From Octopus sinensis (lineage: Eukaryota): DNA of 64,000 bases. The notes under the pieces were generated by a model, which searched no databases, was not told the origin of the DNA, and saw only the letters and a list, made by a program, of their open reading frames with translations. Made by a program: the position numbers and the translations under genes. Shown one piece after another: positions 11,294 through 24,900 of this stretch (its first letter is position 1; each line of letters starts with the position of its first letter). Where the stretch lies: contig NC_043007.1 of NCBI RefSeq assembly GCF_006345805.1, positions 62,682,001 to 62,746,000 on the forward strand. The letters are read 5' to 3'.

Positions 11294-11594
11294 AAGTCAA
11301 GTAGAAATTTTCAACCATTTTTACTAAATCATAAAACTTTAAAACAAATTTTTTCTTCAATTATTTTTTCAAGATGTAGAAGCAAGTTTATAATTTCATC
11401 CCCTGTGTACTAGAGTCAAAAATAACTGTTGCAGTAACATGTCATTGGAGAGAAATTTGGCTGGTAAGTCTAGTAGGTTGAGTAACTGCAGAGAGGCTTC
11501 TTTGGTAGTTCACTTTTTAGGCATTTTTTTTTTTACTATTGTTTGTAAATGTGTTCATGACATTGTTGATAATGTTATTGCTAATTATTGTTAG

Positions 11595-11700
11595 GCACAG
11601 GCATCATTGTGTGGCAAGAAGTTTGCTTCTCAACCATATAGTTCTAGATTCAGTCCCAGCTTTATGAGTAGATTTGATAGATGGAACTAAAAGAAGTCTG

Positions 11701-11744
<44 letters not shown>

Positions 11745-11783
11745 TCATACGATGGACTTCTTTTAGTTTCTGTCTACTAAATC

Positions 11784-11827
<44 letters not shown>

Positions 11828-12066
11828 TATATACATATATATGTGTGTATGTGTCTTTGTGTCTGAGTTTGTCTCCCACCACCATTTGACAACTTGCATT
11901 GGTTTGTTTACATCCCCATAACTTAACGGTTTGGCAAAAAGTGACTGACAGAATAAGTATCAGGTTTAAAAAAAATTAATCCTGGCGATTGATTCATTCA
12001 ATAAAAAGTTCTTCAAAGTGGTACCTCATCATAGCCACAGCCTAATGACTGAAACAGATAAAAGAT
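11595..12066 (+). mobile_element. tRNA-headed modular SINE with (TA)n linker
   Basis: Head ggcacaggcatcattgtgtggcaagaag, tail ttgacaac..catccccataacttaacgg..taatgactgaaac. Family copies at 31937, 46457, 50795 and 51950. Confidence 0.8.
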
Positions 12067-12969
12067 ATTTTATGTTGATACTTTTATTGTTGATATGTTA
12101 AGGTGTTTTTGAGTTTTAATATATTTACCATTATTTGAGATTGAATCATTATTAAGAAAATGCATATTGTATAGCTTATTGTATAGTAAAAAACTCTAAA
12201 AACAACATGGCCAGACTTTCATACTATATACTATATACCATATCTAGATTGCTGTACTACTTACCAAATAACATGTGCAGACTGTCATACTACATGCTAA
12301 ATAATATACCCATACTGTCATACTGTACACCATACAATATGTGAAGACTGTCATATGGCATACCATACAAGAGGTATGTACAACATTACATACACTATTA
12401 TACTACACCCTATACGCCATGAGTTCATATGTGAAGGCACATGGCTTGATGGTTGGGGTAATCAGCTCAAAATTGTAAGGCTGTGAGCTCAATTCCTGGC
12501 AGTGTGTCGTGTCTTTGAGCAAGACATTTTATTTCATGCTGCTCCAGTCCACTCAGCTGGCAAAAATGAGTAGTACCTGTAAATTCAAAGGGCCAGCTTT
12601 TTCGCATTCTGTGCCATGCTGAATCTCCCAGAGTGGAGGAGTGGATTCTTCAGATTCCTGGTTGACTCCTAGAACTGAGGATAAGGTGATAACCCAGTGT
12701 TGCCCTATGAATTGCAGCTTGTTTTTGTTGTTGCTGTTTATTGCTTAACCTTCCCAGAACTTCTCGAAAGAAAACCTTCAAATAACCAATTTAAAATCTT
12801 TGGTCATCTTTTATAAGCACAGGATTTAAATTGCAAATGTTAAAGGGATGTAACTATGTTATAATTTCTAACATTGGCATGAGAGCTTTTTGGCTCATTG
12901 CACTACCAATTCTGCTGTCCACTGCCCTAAAATAGTGAAAATAATAATAAAATAAAAAAATAAACAGAT

Positions 12970-14425
12970 GCCAATGGTAACACCAACAAGTCATTGACAA
13001 CAATAACTACAGTTTCAGCAATGCCATTTTCATCAATAACAGCAGAAATTGCATCAACATATGTATCAGCAACAAAAGCTGTAGCAGCTGCACAAATCAC
13101 AATATCAACAATAACAACTACAGCAATAGCATCAATAACATGATCAACAGTAGCTGCAACAACTACAGCAATGTCTATATATTAGCAACAACAACTGTAG
13201 CAACTACTCAATGTCAATAACAACAACAGAAGCAGAGATTGCAGCAAACTGCACCATTGTTAATAACAATATCAACAACTACAGCAACTACTATGATGTT
13301 AATATCAACAACTGCAGCAACTGTGCTAGTGCCAATATCAAAAACAGTTGCAGCAGCAACTACTGTCATGTTAATTTCAGGAACAACAGCTGCAGCAACT
13401 GCACCAATGTCAACCACAACAATTGCACCAATAATAATCAGCAGGGATTGCATCTATGTCAAGCTCAACAGCAACAACATGAATGTGAGTATCAACAACA
13501 ATTGCAGTAGTGTCAGTAACAACAACAACAATAACTGCAGTAATGTCAATATAAAGAGCAGCTGCAGCAATATCAATACTGGCAACAACAACAACTGTAG
13601 CAATGTCAATATTGAAAACAACAACTTCAGGAATGTCAATATTGACAACAACAACAACAACTGCAATAATGTCAATATGGACGATAACAACTGCAGAAAT
13701 GTCAATCTTGACAACCACAACAGCAACTGCAACAATGTCAATGTTGACAACAATAACAACTGCAGCAATGTCGATATTGACAACAACAACTGCAGCAATA
13801 TCAATATTGACGACAACAACAACAACTGCAGTAATGTCAATATTGTCAACAACAACAACTGCAGTAATGTCAATATTGTCAACAACAACAATTGCAGCAA
13901 TGTCAATATTGGCAACCACAACAACTGCAGCAATTTCAATATTGGTTTCAAATTTTGGCACAAGGCCAGCAATTCAAGGGAAGGGGTGTAAGTCAATTAT
14001 ATTGATCCCAGTGCATAACTGGTACTTATTTTATCAACCTCAAAAAGATGAAAGGCAAAGTCAACGTTGGGGAAATCTGAACTCAGAACGTAAAGACAGA
14101 TGAAATGCTACTAAGCATTACACCCGGCGTGCTGATGATTCTGCCAGCTCACTCCCTTCAGCAATGTCAGTATTGACAAGAGCAACAATTGCAGTAATGT
14201 CAATAGGAGCAACAGATGCAACAGCTATAGCAACATCAATGTTAACAACAACATATACCAACAGCTGCAATGTCAGTGCCCACAACAACAACAGCAGCCA
14301 TTGCACCAATGTCTTCAACAACAATTGCAACAATAATATTCAACACTAAGAGCACAATGTCAACAGCAACAGCTACACTAACCGCAGCAACAGTACCATT
14401 ATCGATAACAATAGCAATAGCTGTA
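12970..14425. repeat. (AAC)-derived minisatellite, unit ~aactgcagcaatgtcaatattgac(aac)n, interrupted by a SINE
   Basis: Regular 30-36 bp units at 13530-13943, degenerate flanks, and a Meta-type SINE at 13944-14158. Confidence 0.9.
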
Positions 14426-15094
14426 ACAAAAAAAGGCAATGTTCTCACACATGAAATATATTTCTTTATTATCCACAAGGAGCTAAACACAGGGGGGACA
14501 AACAAGGACAGAAAAATGGATTAAGTCGATTACATCAACCCCAGTGCGTAACTGGTACTTAATTTATCGACCCCGAAAGGATGAAAGGCAAAGTCAACCT
14601 CAGCGGAATTGGAACTCAGAACGTAATGGCAGGCAAAATACCGCTAAGCATTTTGCTTAGCATGCTAACGTTTCTGCCAGCTCACTGATACATGAAATAA
14701 ACTCCAAAATAAGAAATAATAACCAAATTCCTTCTAATCATACCATATTGTTTCAGAAATAAAGAAGTAAATTGAAAATCTAGTTATAGATATAAAAAAT
14801 ACATGATGGTCATGGCTGGAAAGCCTTCAGACATAGGTACACTCAGTCTAGGCTGCCTGGAGCAAAGCAACAAGACCATAAAGGAATATTTACAAGCCTT
14901 CTCCTGAAGCTGCTAGAAATAGCAGTTAAATCCATCTTTAAGAAAGGATGTTTTGGATAATATAGTCCTACATTGGATATTACTGAAAAATGATGGGATA
15001 TTCACAGAAAGGACACTTTTGGCCATAAATCTGCTTAATTGGAGCAGACATGTCATTAAACAACAGTAACAGCAACAATCATTAACTAGCACTC

Positions 15095-15393
15095 TATCAG
15101 TTATATTGAGTGTTCCAATCAATGGAACAGCCTGCTCGTGAAATTAACATGCAAGTGGCTAATCACTCCACAAACACATGTACCCATAACATAGTTCTCA
15201 GGGGTAGTCAACATGACAGACTGTGACAAGGCTGGCCCTTTGAATTACAGGTACTACTCATTTTTGCTAGCTGAGTGGACTGGAACAACACGAAATAAAA
15301 TGTCTTGCTCAAGGATACAACATGCCACTAGAAATCAAACTCGTGACCTTATGATCATGAGCTGAATAACCTAACCACTAAGCCATGTGCCTT
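15095..15393 (-). mobile_element. tRNA-derived SINE with Deu/Nin-like central domain
   Basis: tRNA-like head (rc of aaccactaagccatgtgcctt) and conserved block gtggctaatcactccacaaacacatgtaccc. Related pieces at 12435-12630, 19700-19840 and 52510-52670. Domain name assigned from memory. Confidence 0.65.
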
Positions 15394-15732
15394 AACAACA
15401 GTAACAATAACTGAAACAGTACCACTAACAACAACAACAACTGCAGTAAAAACAGTAGCACCAGCAACAACTACACCAGTAACATCAGTGGCAGTTAACA
15501 ACTGTAGCACCAATAGCAGAAGTAACAACAATAATAGTAAAAATAGAAACAGTAATAACACCACCACCAACAAAAGCAGTTACAACATAGCTTTAGCAAC
15601 AGACACAACAGTAGCTCTAGCTACAACAACTCCAGTAGCAACAACAACACCAACAACAGTAGTACCAGCAACCATAACAGCTCCGACTACAACAACAACA
15701 CTAACAACAACAGCAACAACAACAACAATATT
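15394..15732. repeat. Degenerate (AAC/AGC/AGT) trinucleotide low-complexity tract
   Basis: Directly visible; source of the Thr/Val-rich ORFs. Confidence 0.85.
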
Positions 15733-16149
15733 AACATTTCCGGTAGTATTCTGCTGCTTTCCCATTGTGATTACTGGAATGTTTTCTTAAGACTTTAGAC
15801 TTAAATACATGGCTACTTCTTTGAAAGCAGTTTTATGTTGAAGGTGCTTAGTTGCTTGTTTGAACAGGGTGAATGACTACATAGAATCTCTCTCCACTGA
15901 CATCCTCTGCATGGCTTTACTGTACAAGATAATTCCAGAACAGGCTAGAGCATGGCAACATACCCAGGATGCCAAACCTATGATCCATTCCCTAAGTCAA
16001 ACATCTTTATGCAATCAGTCTTCTCAAACAAAATTTGAAAGGATTATTCAATAATAGCCACTTCAGTAGCAAGGAAATACTGATGAAGATGATGATGATG
16101 ATTGCTTTTTTCTGGTCCAAGATGATACATTGTGGGATTACATAAAAGA

Positions 16150-17760
16150 GCATGTAAAAATGAGAATAACAGTACCAAAAAAATTTTAAGCATAATTCTT
16201 CAAAAGTGGGGAAGCCTCCAAGGGCTACTTATAGGAGTCCCATCAAGTTATGGTCACTCTGACCTTTAAGGCAAGTGCATTTTCCCTGTTTTCCTTCAAT
16301 CCACAGATGTATGCCAAAAGCAGGCTCATTTACTCAAACAAATTTGCTGGGTGGTAGTACTTCCTTCTCTGCCCCTTTACTTCTTTTTTTTTTTCCAGGT
16401 AAAACTTGAGAAAGTTGATAAAGACTTAGCCAAAGGGGAAAGGGTCTTTGCTAAAGCCACCAAACAGATAGGCACTGCCTGTCCTTCCCAGCCAAAGGAA
16501 GGTGAAGGGATGAAACTCACAACGAAGTCAGCTGATAGCAGGATATGTCCCACATGTTGCAGTAAGTATTCAACATAATTTTATGAGGTCGCAATATCTG
16601 GGCACTGGACCAGATGTGCAGAACAAACTTGTCACTTTGCACACATCTTCTATAAGCATTTTCATGCTTGTAGAATTTATCTCAAAGTGGCAATGTTCCC
16701 TGGTATCACTGTCAGGTCAGAACTTACCTTGAATTTATCCCTGGGCCTCAACCTGAAAGTCCTCTACCACATACTAGCAAGTTGCTTTTTGTCAATGATC
16801 TGAATTTCTTCAAGAATGTCATTGCTTTTACCTGCCATCAACCCTCTGTAGAATGCCAACATTAACCACATTGCTCAACTGGTAGAGGGCTGTGAGCACT
16901 TGATGACATTCCAGATTCCAAATGTTTAGCTCTCAGCTAACACCTTGGCCAAAATCTTATAATTTACATCTAGCAAAGTCATAGGTCAAAATTTGATATG
17001 ATCTCACTTGTTTGGATCCTTTCTTAGCAGTACTACCACTCGTCAACTCACAGAACTAAGGATTCTCCTATTCTGCTGCTAGTTCTGGTAGACAACTGCC
17101 AAGAAATCTGCCAAGATACGTACCAAGAGGTCTCCAAACAAATCTGGCAAGTAAAGCTTGTAGAGCAGACCATCTAAACTAGGTGATTTGTCCATTGTGC
17201 AGTCAACTGTCACTTCCTGTATTTCCACAGTTGTTATTGACCTTCCACAACACTTCACCTCTCTTGCTAAGAGTTGAGGCAAGCTATGAAGGTAGACACT
17301 GAGATTCATTCTGTGACCCAGCTCACTACTTCTCCTGAACAGCCAAGAGAAGTGCTGCTGCAAAACCATATACATCTTATGAAGTTTGAGAAGCATATTG
17401 CCTTCAGGGTCTGTCAAAGAACAAATTGTGGTTTTGTTGCCTCATTGCATCTCAGCCATTTCATCCCATGAAACAGCTGTCATCTTTTCATGTCTTAGAA
17501 CATGCACCTTTACTTGAACACTGCAGCTTTCATGCTTTGCACTGAAGAATTGGTCAAGGGTTAATTTTGCCATTAGCACATGTGTTGTGATTCTTTCCTC
17601 AACACCTCTTCTAAGTTTCTAACTAGATCTCCCTTTTAATCTAGTTTTCTGTATTGCTACTTTCTTATTTAATATATATCAATTCTACTTTAATTGGCCT
17701 TTTCAGAGCACTATTTGTTGTTCATGACAGTCATAGCAATATCTCAAAGTCCCCTTACAC
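16150..17760 (-). mobile_element. Degraded L1/Tx1-clade LINE ORF2
   Basis: DKSPSLDGLLYKLY (KSPGxDG motif) and VVLLRKDPNK...PMTLLDVNYKILAKVLA (RPITLL..YKILAK motif) at ~16940-17040. Many disruptions; ends approximate. Confidence 0.75.
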
Positions 17761-18639
17761 CAGTGAGTCATGTGTGTTATATATTATATATTATCTAAAG
17801 GTAGATGTTCTCCAATAGCGAAAAACAGCAGTGATCAGATATTCACATTTGAATCTGCTAGAACATATTTTGAATAAATAGGCCACTATTTCTAAATAGG
17901 CCTCTTTCTAAATCGGCCTCTATTACAGGCCTGAAATTTGTGGACAGGGGAACAGCTGATTAGATCAACTGGTACTTATTTTATTGACCCCAAAAGGATG
18001 AAAGGCAATGCCAATCTCTGTGGAATTTGAACTCAGACTGCCAAGCATTGTGCCCAGCATGCTAACGATTCTACCAGCACACTGCCTTCACCACCTTCAT
18101 GATAATAATTTTTTTCTATTATAATACAAGCCAGCAGTTTCATTTTTGGTGTGGAGTTAGTTGATAATATCAACACTAATACTTGACTAGTACTTTATTT
18201 ATCAACCCTAAAAGAATGAAAGGTAAAATTGACCTTGGCAGGATTTTACCTTAGTGCATAAAGAGCTGGAAGAAATGCTGCTAAAATTTTTGTCCAATAT
18301 GCTCGCAATTCTACCTTTGATAAGAATAATAATCTTTCCTATTATAGGCACAAGGCCTGAAATTTTTCAGGAGGGAGCTTGTAAATTATGTTGACCCAAG
18401 TATTTGATTGGTACTTATTTCATTGACTCCATAAGGATGGAAAGCAAAGCCTATCTTGGTTGAATTTGAACTGAACATGTAAAGACGGACAAAATGCTAC
18501 TAACCATCTTGTCCATTGTTCTAAAAATTCTGCCAGCTTGTAGCCTTCATAACAACAACAACTACAATAATAATAATATCATCTTAAGATCACACTATCA
18601 TCTTATCATCAAATTACTATTAAAACAAACTTTTAATTT

Positions 18640-18802
18640 TCTTATGTTTTGACAGACACTCTCTAGAACAATACTCTGTGCAAAACCAAAAACATGGTAC
18701 CCTAGTTGTAATGCCAACTTGAACTTCTAACTTGTTGCCTCTTGAGATCTCTTGGTGAGACTAGGAGACAATTTGTACAAATACAAAGTAAAAGCCAAAC
18801 AT

Positions 18803-18803
<1 letters not shown>
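18640..18803 (+). mobile_element. Short 3'-end fragment of a (TAA)n-associated retroelement
   Basis: Homologous to 58180-58332 (gaacttc.aac.tgttg.ctcttgag..ggtgagact.ggag.caa.ttgtaca); both run into (TAA)n. Confidence 0.65.
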
Positions 18804-18856
<53 letters not shown>

Positions 18857-19357
18857 GAAGTGTTATCATGTACATTGTTTTGTCTTGGTATAAAAGATGG
18901 GCTACAGCAAATATTCTGCTCAATACCACAGATTTGCTTGTCAGTTGTTTGACCATAACCAGTTGAGCATGTCCCTTAGTGGCTGACGATATGTGCATCT
19001 CTGATCACGAGCAGAAGTAGTGGGGGAGCAACATAGCCATGTGTTGAGAGGGATTCTTTGGGGTTTGAATAATTCACCTCTGGAAACATGGGTGGTTCTT
19101 TCAACATCCTTAAACAACCCTTATTCAGGGACCTTTTGAGTGGGATGGGCTACTCAACCTGAAGAAAATTCTAACTGGGCCCCACCTGCAAGGTCATGTG
19201 CTGTTTATCTTGATATGAGATCACCATGTCGCGCACATATGGTTGTGATGCATGTGCCTGGTGTACCTTTATCAGACGGGTAGTCATGATGGGTATATTG
19301 GGCTTCGTATATTTTACCTCAGTGTCACTTTGATGGCATGAACTGCTCTCTCACTCA
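18857..19357 (+). mobile_element. (TAA)n-embedded ~550 bp non-coding element, young copy
   Basis: Flanked on both sides by (TAA)n, ends ctctctcactc-aataataa, CpGs retained. Confidence 0.85.
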
Positions 19358-21595
19358 ATAATAATAATAATAATAGTAATAATAATAATAATAGTAATAA
19401 TAGTAATAATAATAATGGTTTAAAATTTAAGCACAAGGCCAGTAATTTCAGGGCAGTGGATTAGTCAATTACAGTGACACCAGTGTTCAACTGGTACTTA
19501 TTTTATCGACTTCGAAAGGATGAAAGGCAAAGTCAACCTTGGAAGAATTTGAACACAGAACGTAAAGACCAATGAAATGCCGCTAAGCAATTTGCTCAGT
19601 GCGTTAATGATTCTCCCAGCTTGTCACCTTAATAATATTAATAATAGTTAATAAATGGATCACTGCCAGTTTCAATGATAGGTAATCAGTAGTTTAGTCA
19701 ACTGAACTATCTGCTCATTGAATTAGCCTATAAGTATCTGAGTTTTCCACAGACATGTTTAACCTCAATGTAATGTTCAAGCAGGATTAACATGGCACAC
19801 TGCATGCCTGACAAGGCCAAACCTTTGAATTACAAGTAGAATCCATCTGATAGGCTTTCACACCGTTTTTGTCTTCCCACTTCCTTTCACAAGGCTAGGA
19901 TTGATCTGAGTATACAGTAAAAAATACTTGCCCAAGATACCATGCAGTGAGATTGAACCTACAACCCCATGATTGGGAACCAAACTTCTTAACCATTCAG
20001 TCATACTAAGTCCACTTCTTCCCTTGCTGTTTTTCTTTCTTTTTTTTTTTCTTTTTCATAAAGAAACATGAAAAGAAAGAGAACTAGTGATCTGAGCTGA
20101 ATGCTAGCAGTAGAAGAATTTCTGATAAAAACACCCAAGGACCAGGTAGCAATATTAAACTAAATGATGTGTTAGGGGTTACTATTGAATACTTTAACAG
20201 ACCTTTAACATATCCATGTGCATTATCCCTTTTGGCATGTAAACACTACAGTACAATTCCTACTTCATAATTAAAGCGATTAGCACTTAAATTGGGGAAT
20301 CAACTGAAGCACAATAAGTAACTGAATTGTTCCTCAGTATATCACTAGCACTTGTTATACCCATAATTAGTTTTAATCAGTAATACACCCCAATTTCTGA
20401 ACCAGAGTGAGAGAAAGATCATAACATAAACTTATACATTGTTTTATAAAATAAATCTCAAGTGTTCAAGTGATACGATGATATTCTTATGTAATCAAAT
20501 ATGGTATAATCAATATAGTGTAATCAATATGATGTAATCAATATGGTAAGAATATATCCTCAACAAACCAAATCTTTGGCCTGATTTTGAATCCCAATAT
20601 AAATATCTCATTTGACTAATATTGTAAATCTATAACTCAAGCCATCATCTCTCCAAGACTGTCTTGCTCTTGTCACACTTTATAATGTCAAATTCTTAAG
20701 TGGTGCTCTAATAACCTAATAAGAGTTGCTGGATTTTTTTTCTCACGCTATATTTACAAATAGTGCAAAGTACATGATATAAATATAAATAATGACTTAG
20801 ATTCTTATACTAAAAGTATTTCATTAGCTATGATGCATATAGATCTGAGAAATGTAAGAAACCAAAACAGATACTGTAAATATTTTGTCTGGTGTTCATA
20901 TTATCTCTACAAAAAACCAAAACCACAAGATAAATAAAAATGAGAAAACAAAATTGAAAAATGGTAACTCAAAATCAAAAAAGAAAGGAAAAAAAAACCT
21001 CCAAAATAAATCAGTAAACAGGATACAGTTCTTGAATGTTCTCTAGTCAAATTTAAAATAAACCTTATCTTAAATCTGTATTTATAAACTTCTCATGTTG
21101 ACCTACTTCTTTCTTATTTGTTTTGTTTTATATCTTTTCTGAAGAGTGAAACCTGTTGTCAAAAGCAGGATGTCAGACCAATATGGTAATGGAAAATTGG
21201 TTCCAGTTCTTCATGAATTTCTCTTTTATTAGTGGGTAATTCTTTCCTAACTTCTGTAGTGATTCTTCTCTCATCAGTTACTTATTGATACTTTATGGAA
21301 GAAGAGTCGAACTCATGTAAAGAAATTAATTATGTTACTGTGAGTTTGATAAATGCACAAATTTTAAAGTATTTAAATGAATTATTTTTATACCATCACA
21401 CACATACATATACATACTTATACATACACATGGTGGTTTATTCTTCAATCAACTTGTATATACATATACATAATCACATATACACATACATGTTTATTCC
21501 TCTTTTACACTAATCCACAAATATGAACATACTCTCACACATATACATCATGATGGCTTCTCTTTGACACCAGCCCACATATAGAACACATACAT

Positions 21596-21596
21596 A

Positions 21597-21670
<74 letters not shown>

Positions 21671-21775
21671 TTTCTCTAGTCAGAGAAGATACACAAACCA
21701 TTGTTCACAGTGAATTATTTTCTGATATTTCCTTTGTTTTAAACATTTGTGTGTGTGTATGTGTGCATGCATGCA

Positions 21776-21858
<83 letters not shown>

Positions 21859-21900
21859 GTGTGTGTGTGTGCATGTGTGTGTGTTTGTACACACATGTAT
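21596..21900. repeat. Opposed (CA)n and (TG)n microsatellites
   Basis: Directly visible. Confidence 0.9.
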
Positions 21901-24900
21901 GTGTATATGTGGTCTATAAATTTACAAGTTGACATAGGGGAGGTGGAGCAGAAAATATATTAGACAGAAGATGTATTAAACTCAGCGAACCACAATATTT
22001 GGTTTTGTCAGTATACTTTCCAAGTTAAAATCCCATTAGAATAGTAGTGATCAATAAAATAAATAACAGTAATATTCTAAAACTTAGCCAAATATCTGTA
22101 ACCTTTCCCTTTCAAAAGTTTCTCTTGTAACCTCATCAACAGAAATTGTTGGATCTCTGGCTACTTTCAGCTGCACTCATGAGACTATACGTACAGTGAA
22201 AGCCCATCTTTGACTCTGTTAAGAAAGCTACATGAAACATATGCCTGGATTATTCCCACAGCTGTTGAGGCATGTCTTGATCTGCATGGTCATGGTTCAA
22301 ATCATTGCTTATAATATGCACTAGTTCTGTTACAAACTATGAGAGCCTGATAGAACATATTTATATTTCAAACTATGGGAGCCTGGCAGAGCATGTGTAT
22401 TTATCTCTATGACTTCCTGTTGCTAGATGGGTATCCAAAGACTTGACATTCCATTTCTATGCTTCTGGTTATCTCTGACTTTAAAATGGAGCAGAGACCA
22501 ATCAGCTAAATGTAGGTCATTGATATTTTATCCAGATATGTTCTGAACTCACCCACACACACTCCACATTTTAGCTGTGGCCAGAGTGGGTTTTGTATCA
22601 ACTTGGTATTTAAAATAATTATATACACTGCAAAATAAAAGTTTAAACATCCAACCAGCATGTAGACTGTGAAATACTGTTGGGAAATATCAATAAGGCA
22701 TCGGACAAATGTCCTAACCTAACTTTAAACAAAAGCACTATTCTTTGGACTAAATTCAAAACAGAATGTCAATTTTTTTAATTGAGAAAAAATAAAATAA
22801 TTGAAATCAGGTCAAAACTAAATTGATTAAAAAAAAACAGAAAGTAAAAAAAGACAGAACAAAAACAAATGCAAAAAAAAAACAATTGAATAGAAGAAAT
22901 TTTACAAATTCATTATCATGTTTAAGAACCTGATGCTTTAAGAATTTATCACTTGATAATTTCAAATACCAAGCATTAAATACAGAGTGAATAACTGAAA
23001 TACTGCATTTCTCACGTTTAATGTTTTGGTCGTCTTTGACCCAACTAATGCTTGCATTGACATTTGTGAGTGAGCTAGGAACTGTGTATTCTTGCTTTTG
23101 TGTCACTTTACTTCACAGTGGTTTGACCTCATTTGAGTGGAAATGACATAACAAAGGCTATTTAACAGTGAGGGGCAAGTGTAAGCTATTTAAGAGATAA
23201 ATGTGAGTGGTGACTGTCTCATAATGTCTCTCTTCAGTTATTACAGGAAGCTAACTTTGGTGTTAAAAAGATACACATTAGATAAAACACAGTTAACATC
23301 ACACAAGGGAGAAGTCATTGTTGTACGTGATCAGTGAGGAAGGAAACAAAACAAAAAATAAAAGTCAAAATATTCCCATTTATACAAAAAAAAATCAAAA
23401 ACACAAAAGAAACAACCCAGATTGGCTGTTTTATTTTATTTTACTGATTCATGAACAATATATATCAGGAGACTTAGTTTTATATTATGTTTTTATTCTT
23501 TCTATTTTTCTATTTTATTCTGAATTATTACTTCCCATTTTTCCCTCAATCAAACATAAATTTCAAAGTAAATTTAAATCTAAATTTTTTTAATATAGAT
23601 TTATAATCTATAGAGTAACAAAAAACAAAATTAGAGAAAAAATAGTTGATAAAACAATGAAATAAATGTAATTTTATCAAAATATGATTAACATATAAAT
23701 CTAAAAAAAAAATAAATGAAAGTTTGACGTGCAGCGACTCAACAGATGTGAAAAGTATGAACATAAACTGAATAGAAAAAATATTTTTATCAGCTTTTAT
23801 CTGTAGTTGGTGAACTGAGTTGACACTATGATTTATTTGGAAACGGTTTGATTAAGAAAGAGAAAACCAATGGAACTCAAATGTAAATGTTCTACACTCC
23901 TAATATGGCATCCTGCAATTGACCAAGATAACAAAATCTTAACACATCAGCTGTGGGGTCAATGATTCAAGAGTCAACAGGTTACATTTCATCACCAGTA
24001 TATTAAGTCATAATCGTCACTTTTATGTTCACTTTTCCATACTTATGTGGCACAGACAGAATTTATTGAGGTAGATTTTTCGATGGATGGATGATTTTAC
24101 TATCACCAACCATCGCATGTTTCCAAGTAAAATAATATTTCCTTATGACAAGACATATCTTCCATTGAATCGTGGAAATGAATAAAATTTGTATGATGGT
24201 GATACTTGTTTGCAACAATTACATGATGTCAAGACAAGGTAACATGCACGCACACCTACTCGGTCTGTCTGTCTGTCTTTTTCTTTCTCTCCCTCACACC
24301 TCTCTCTCTCCCTCACACACATGTATGCATGCACACACAAACACACACATGTTCTATTTTTTTTAGCTTCTGTCTACCAATTCTACTTACAAGGCTTTGG
24401 TGAGCTTGGAGCAATAGAAGACACATGCTCAAAATGCCACACTGTCGAACTGAACCTGGAACCACATAGTTGGAAAGTGTACTTCTTAACCATAAAGTCA
24501 TGCTTGTACCTATAGCCATGCTTGGGCATTAATAATGAAACAATTTAGATCTATCTGGCTCAGGGACATAAAACTATGTATTTGCATGTATTATATCTAT
24601 AATTGTCACAGTCTATGCATGTATTAACACCAGATTTACTACATTTCACCCAATGAGAAATACATTTCCCCAAAATTAAGTCCAGTTGCTGAACTTTGTC
24701 TATCTAACTGAATATGAAATGAAGATATATGAGAGAAACAGTTCAGTACAGTAAACAATAGTTGGTTATATGTTCATATGTTCACTTTTATTGCTGGATG
24801 TTATATTTCTTCTTCTTGAATTCAATAGAGCCAATCCTTCACTGCTAGAGACTAGGAAAGGTTGAGCAATGGCCTCTATTTCTCATACGTATGAAATAAA

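Noticed and set aside
13211-14524. Asn-, Thr-, Val- or Leu-rich proteins
   Set aside because: Several frames on both strands are open because the repeat lacks stops, and a SINE interrupts the tract.
18980-19020. Hammerhead in the (TAA)n-embedded element (CTGACGA)
   Set aside because: Followed by GAAG rather than GAAA, with no compatible stems I or III.
20490-22410. Short local tandem repeats (14-15 bp at ~20490-20546; 36 bp at ~22333-22405)
   Set aside because: Two to four imperfect units; ordinary slippage products.
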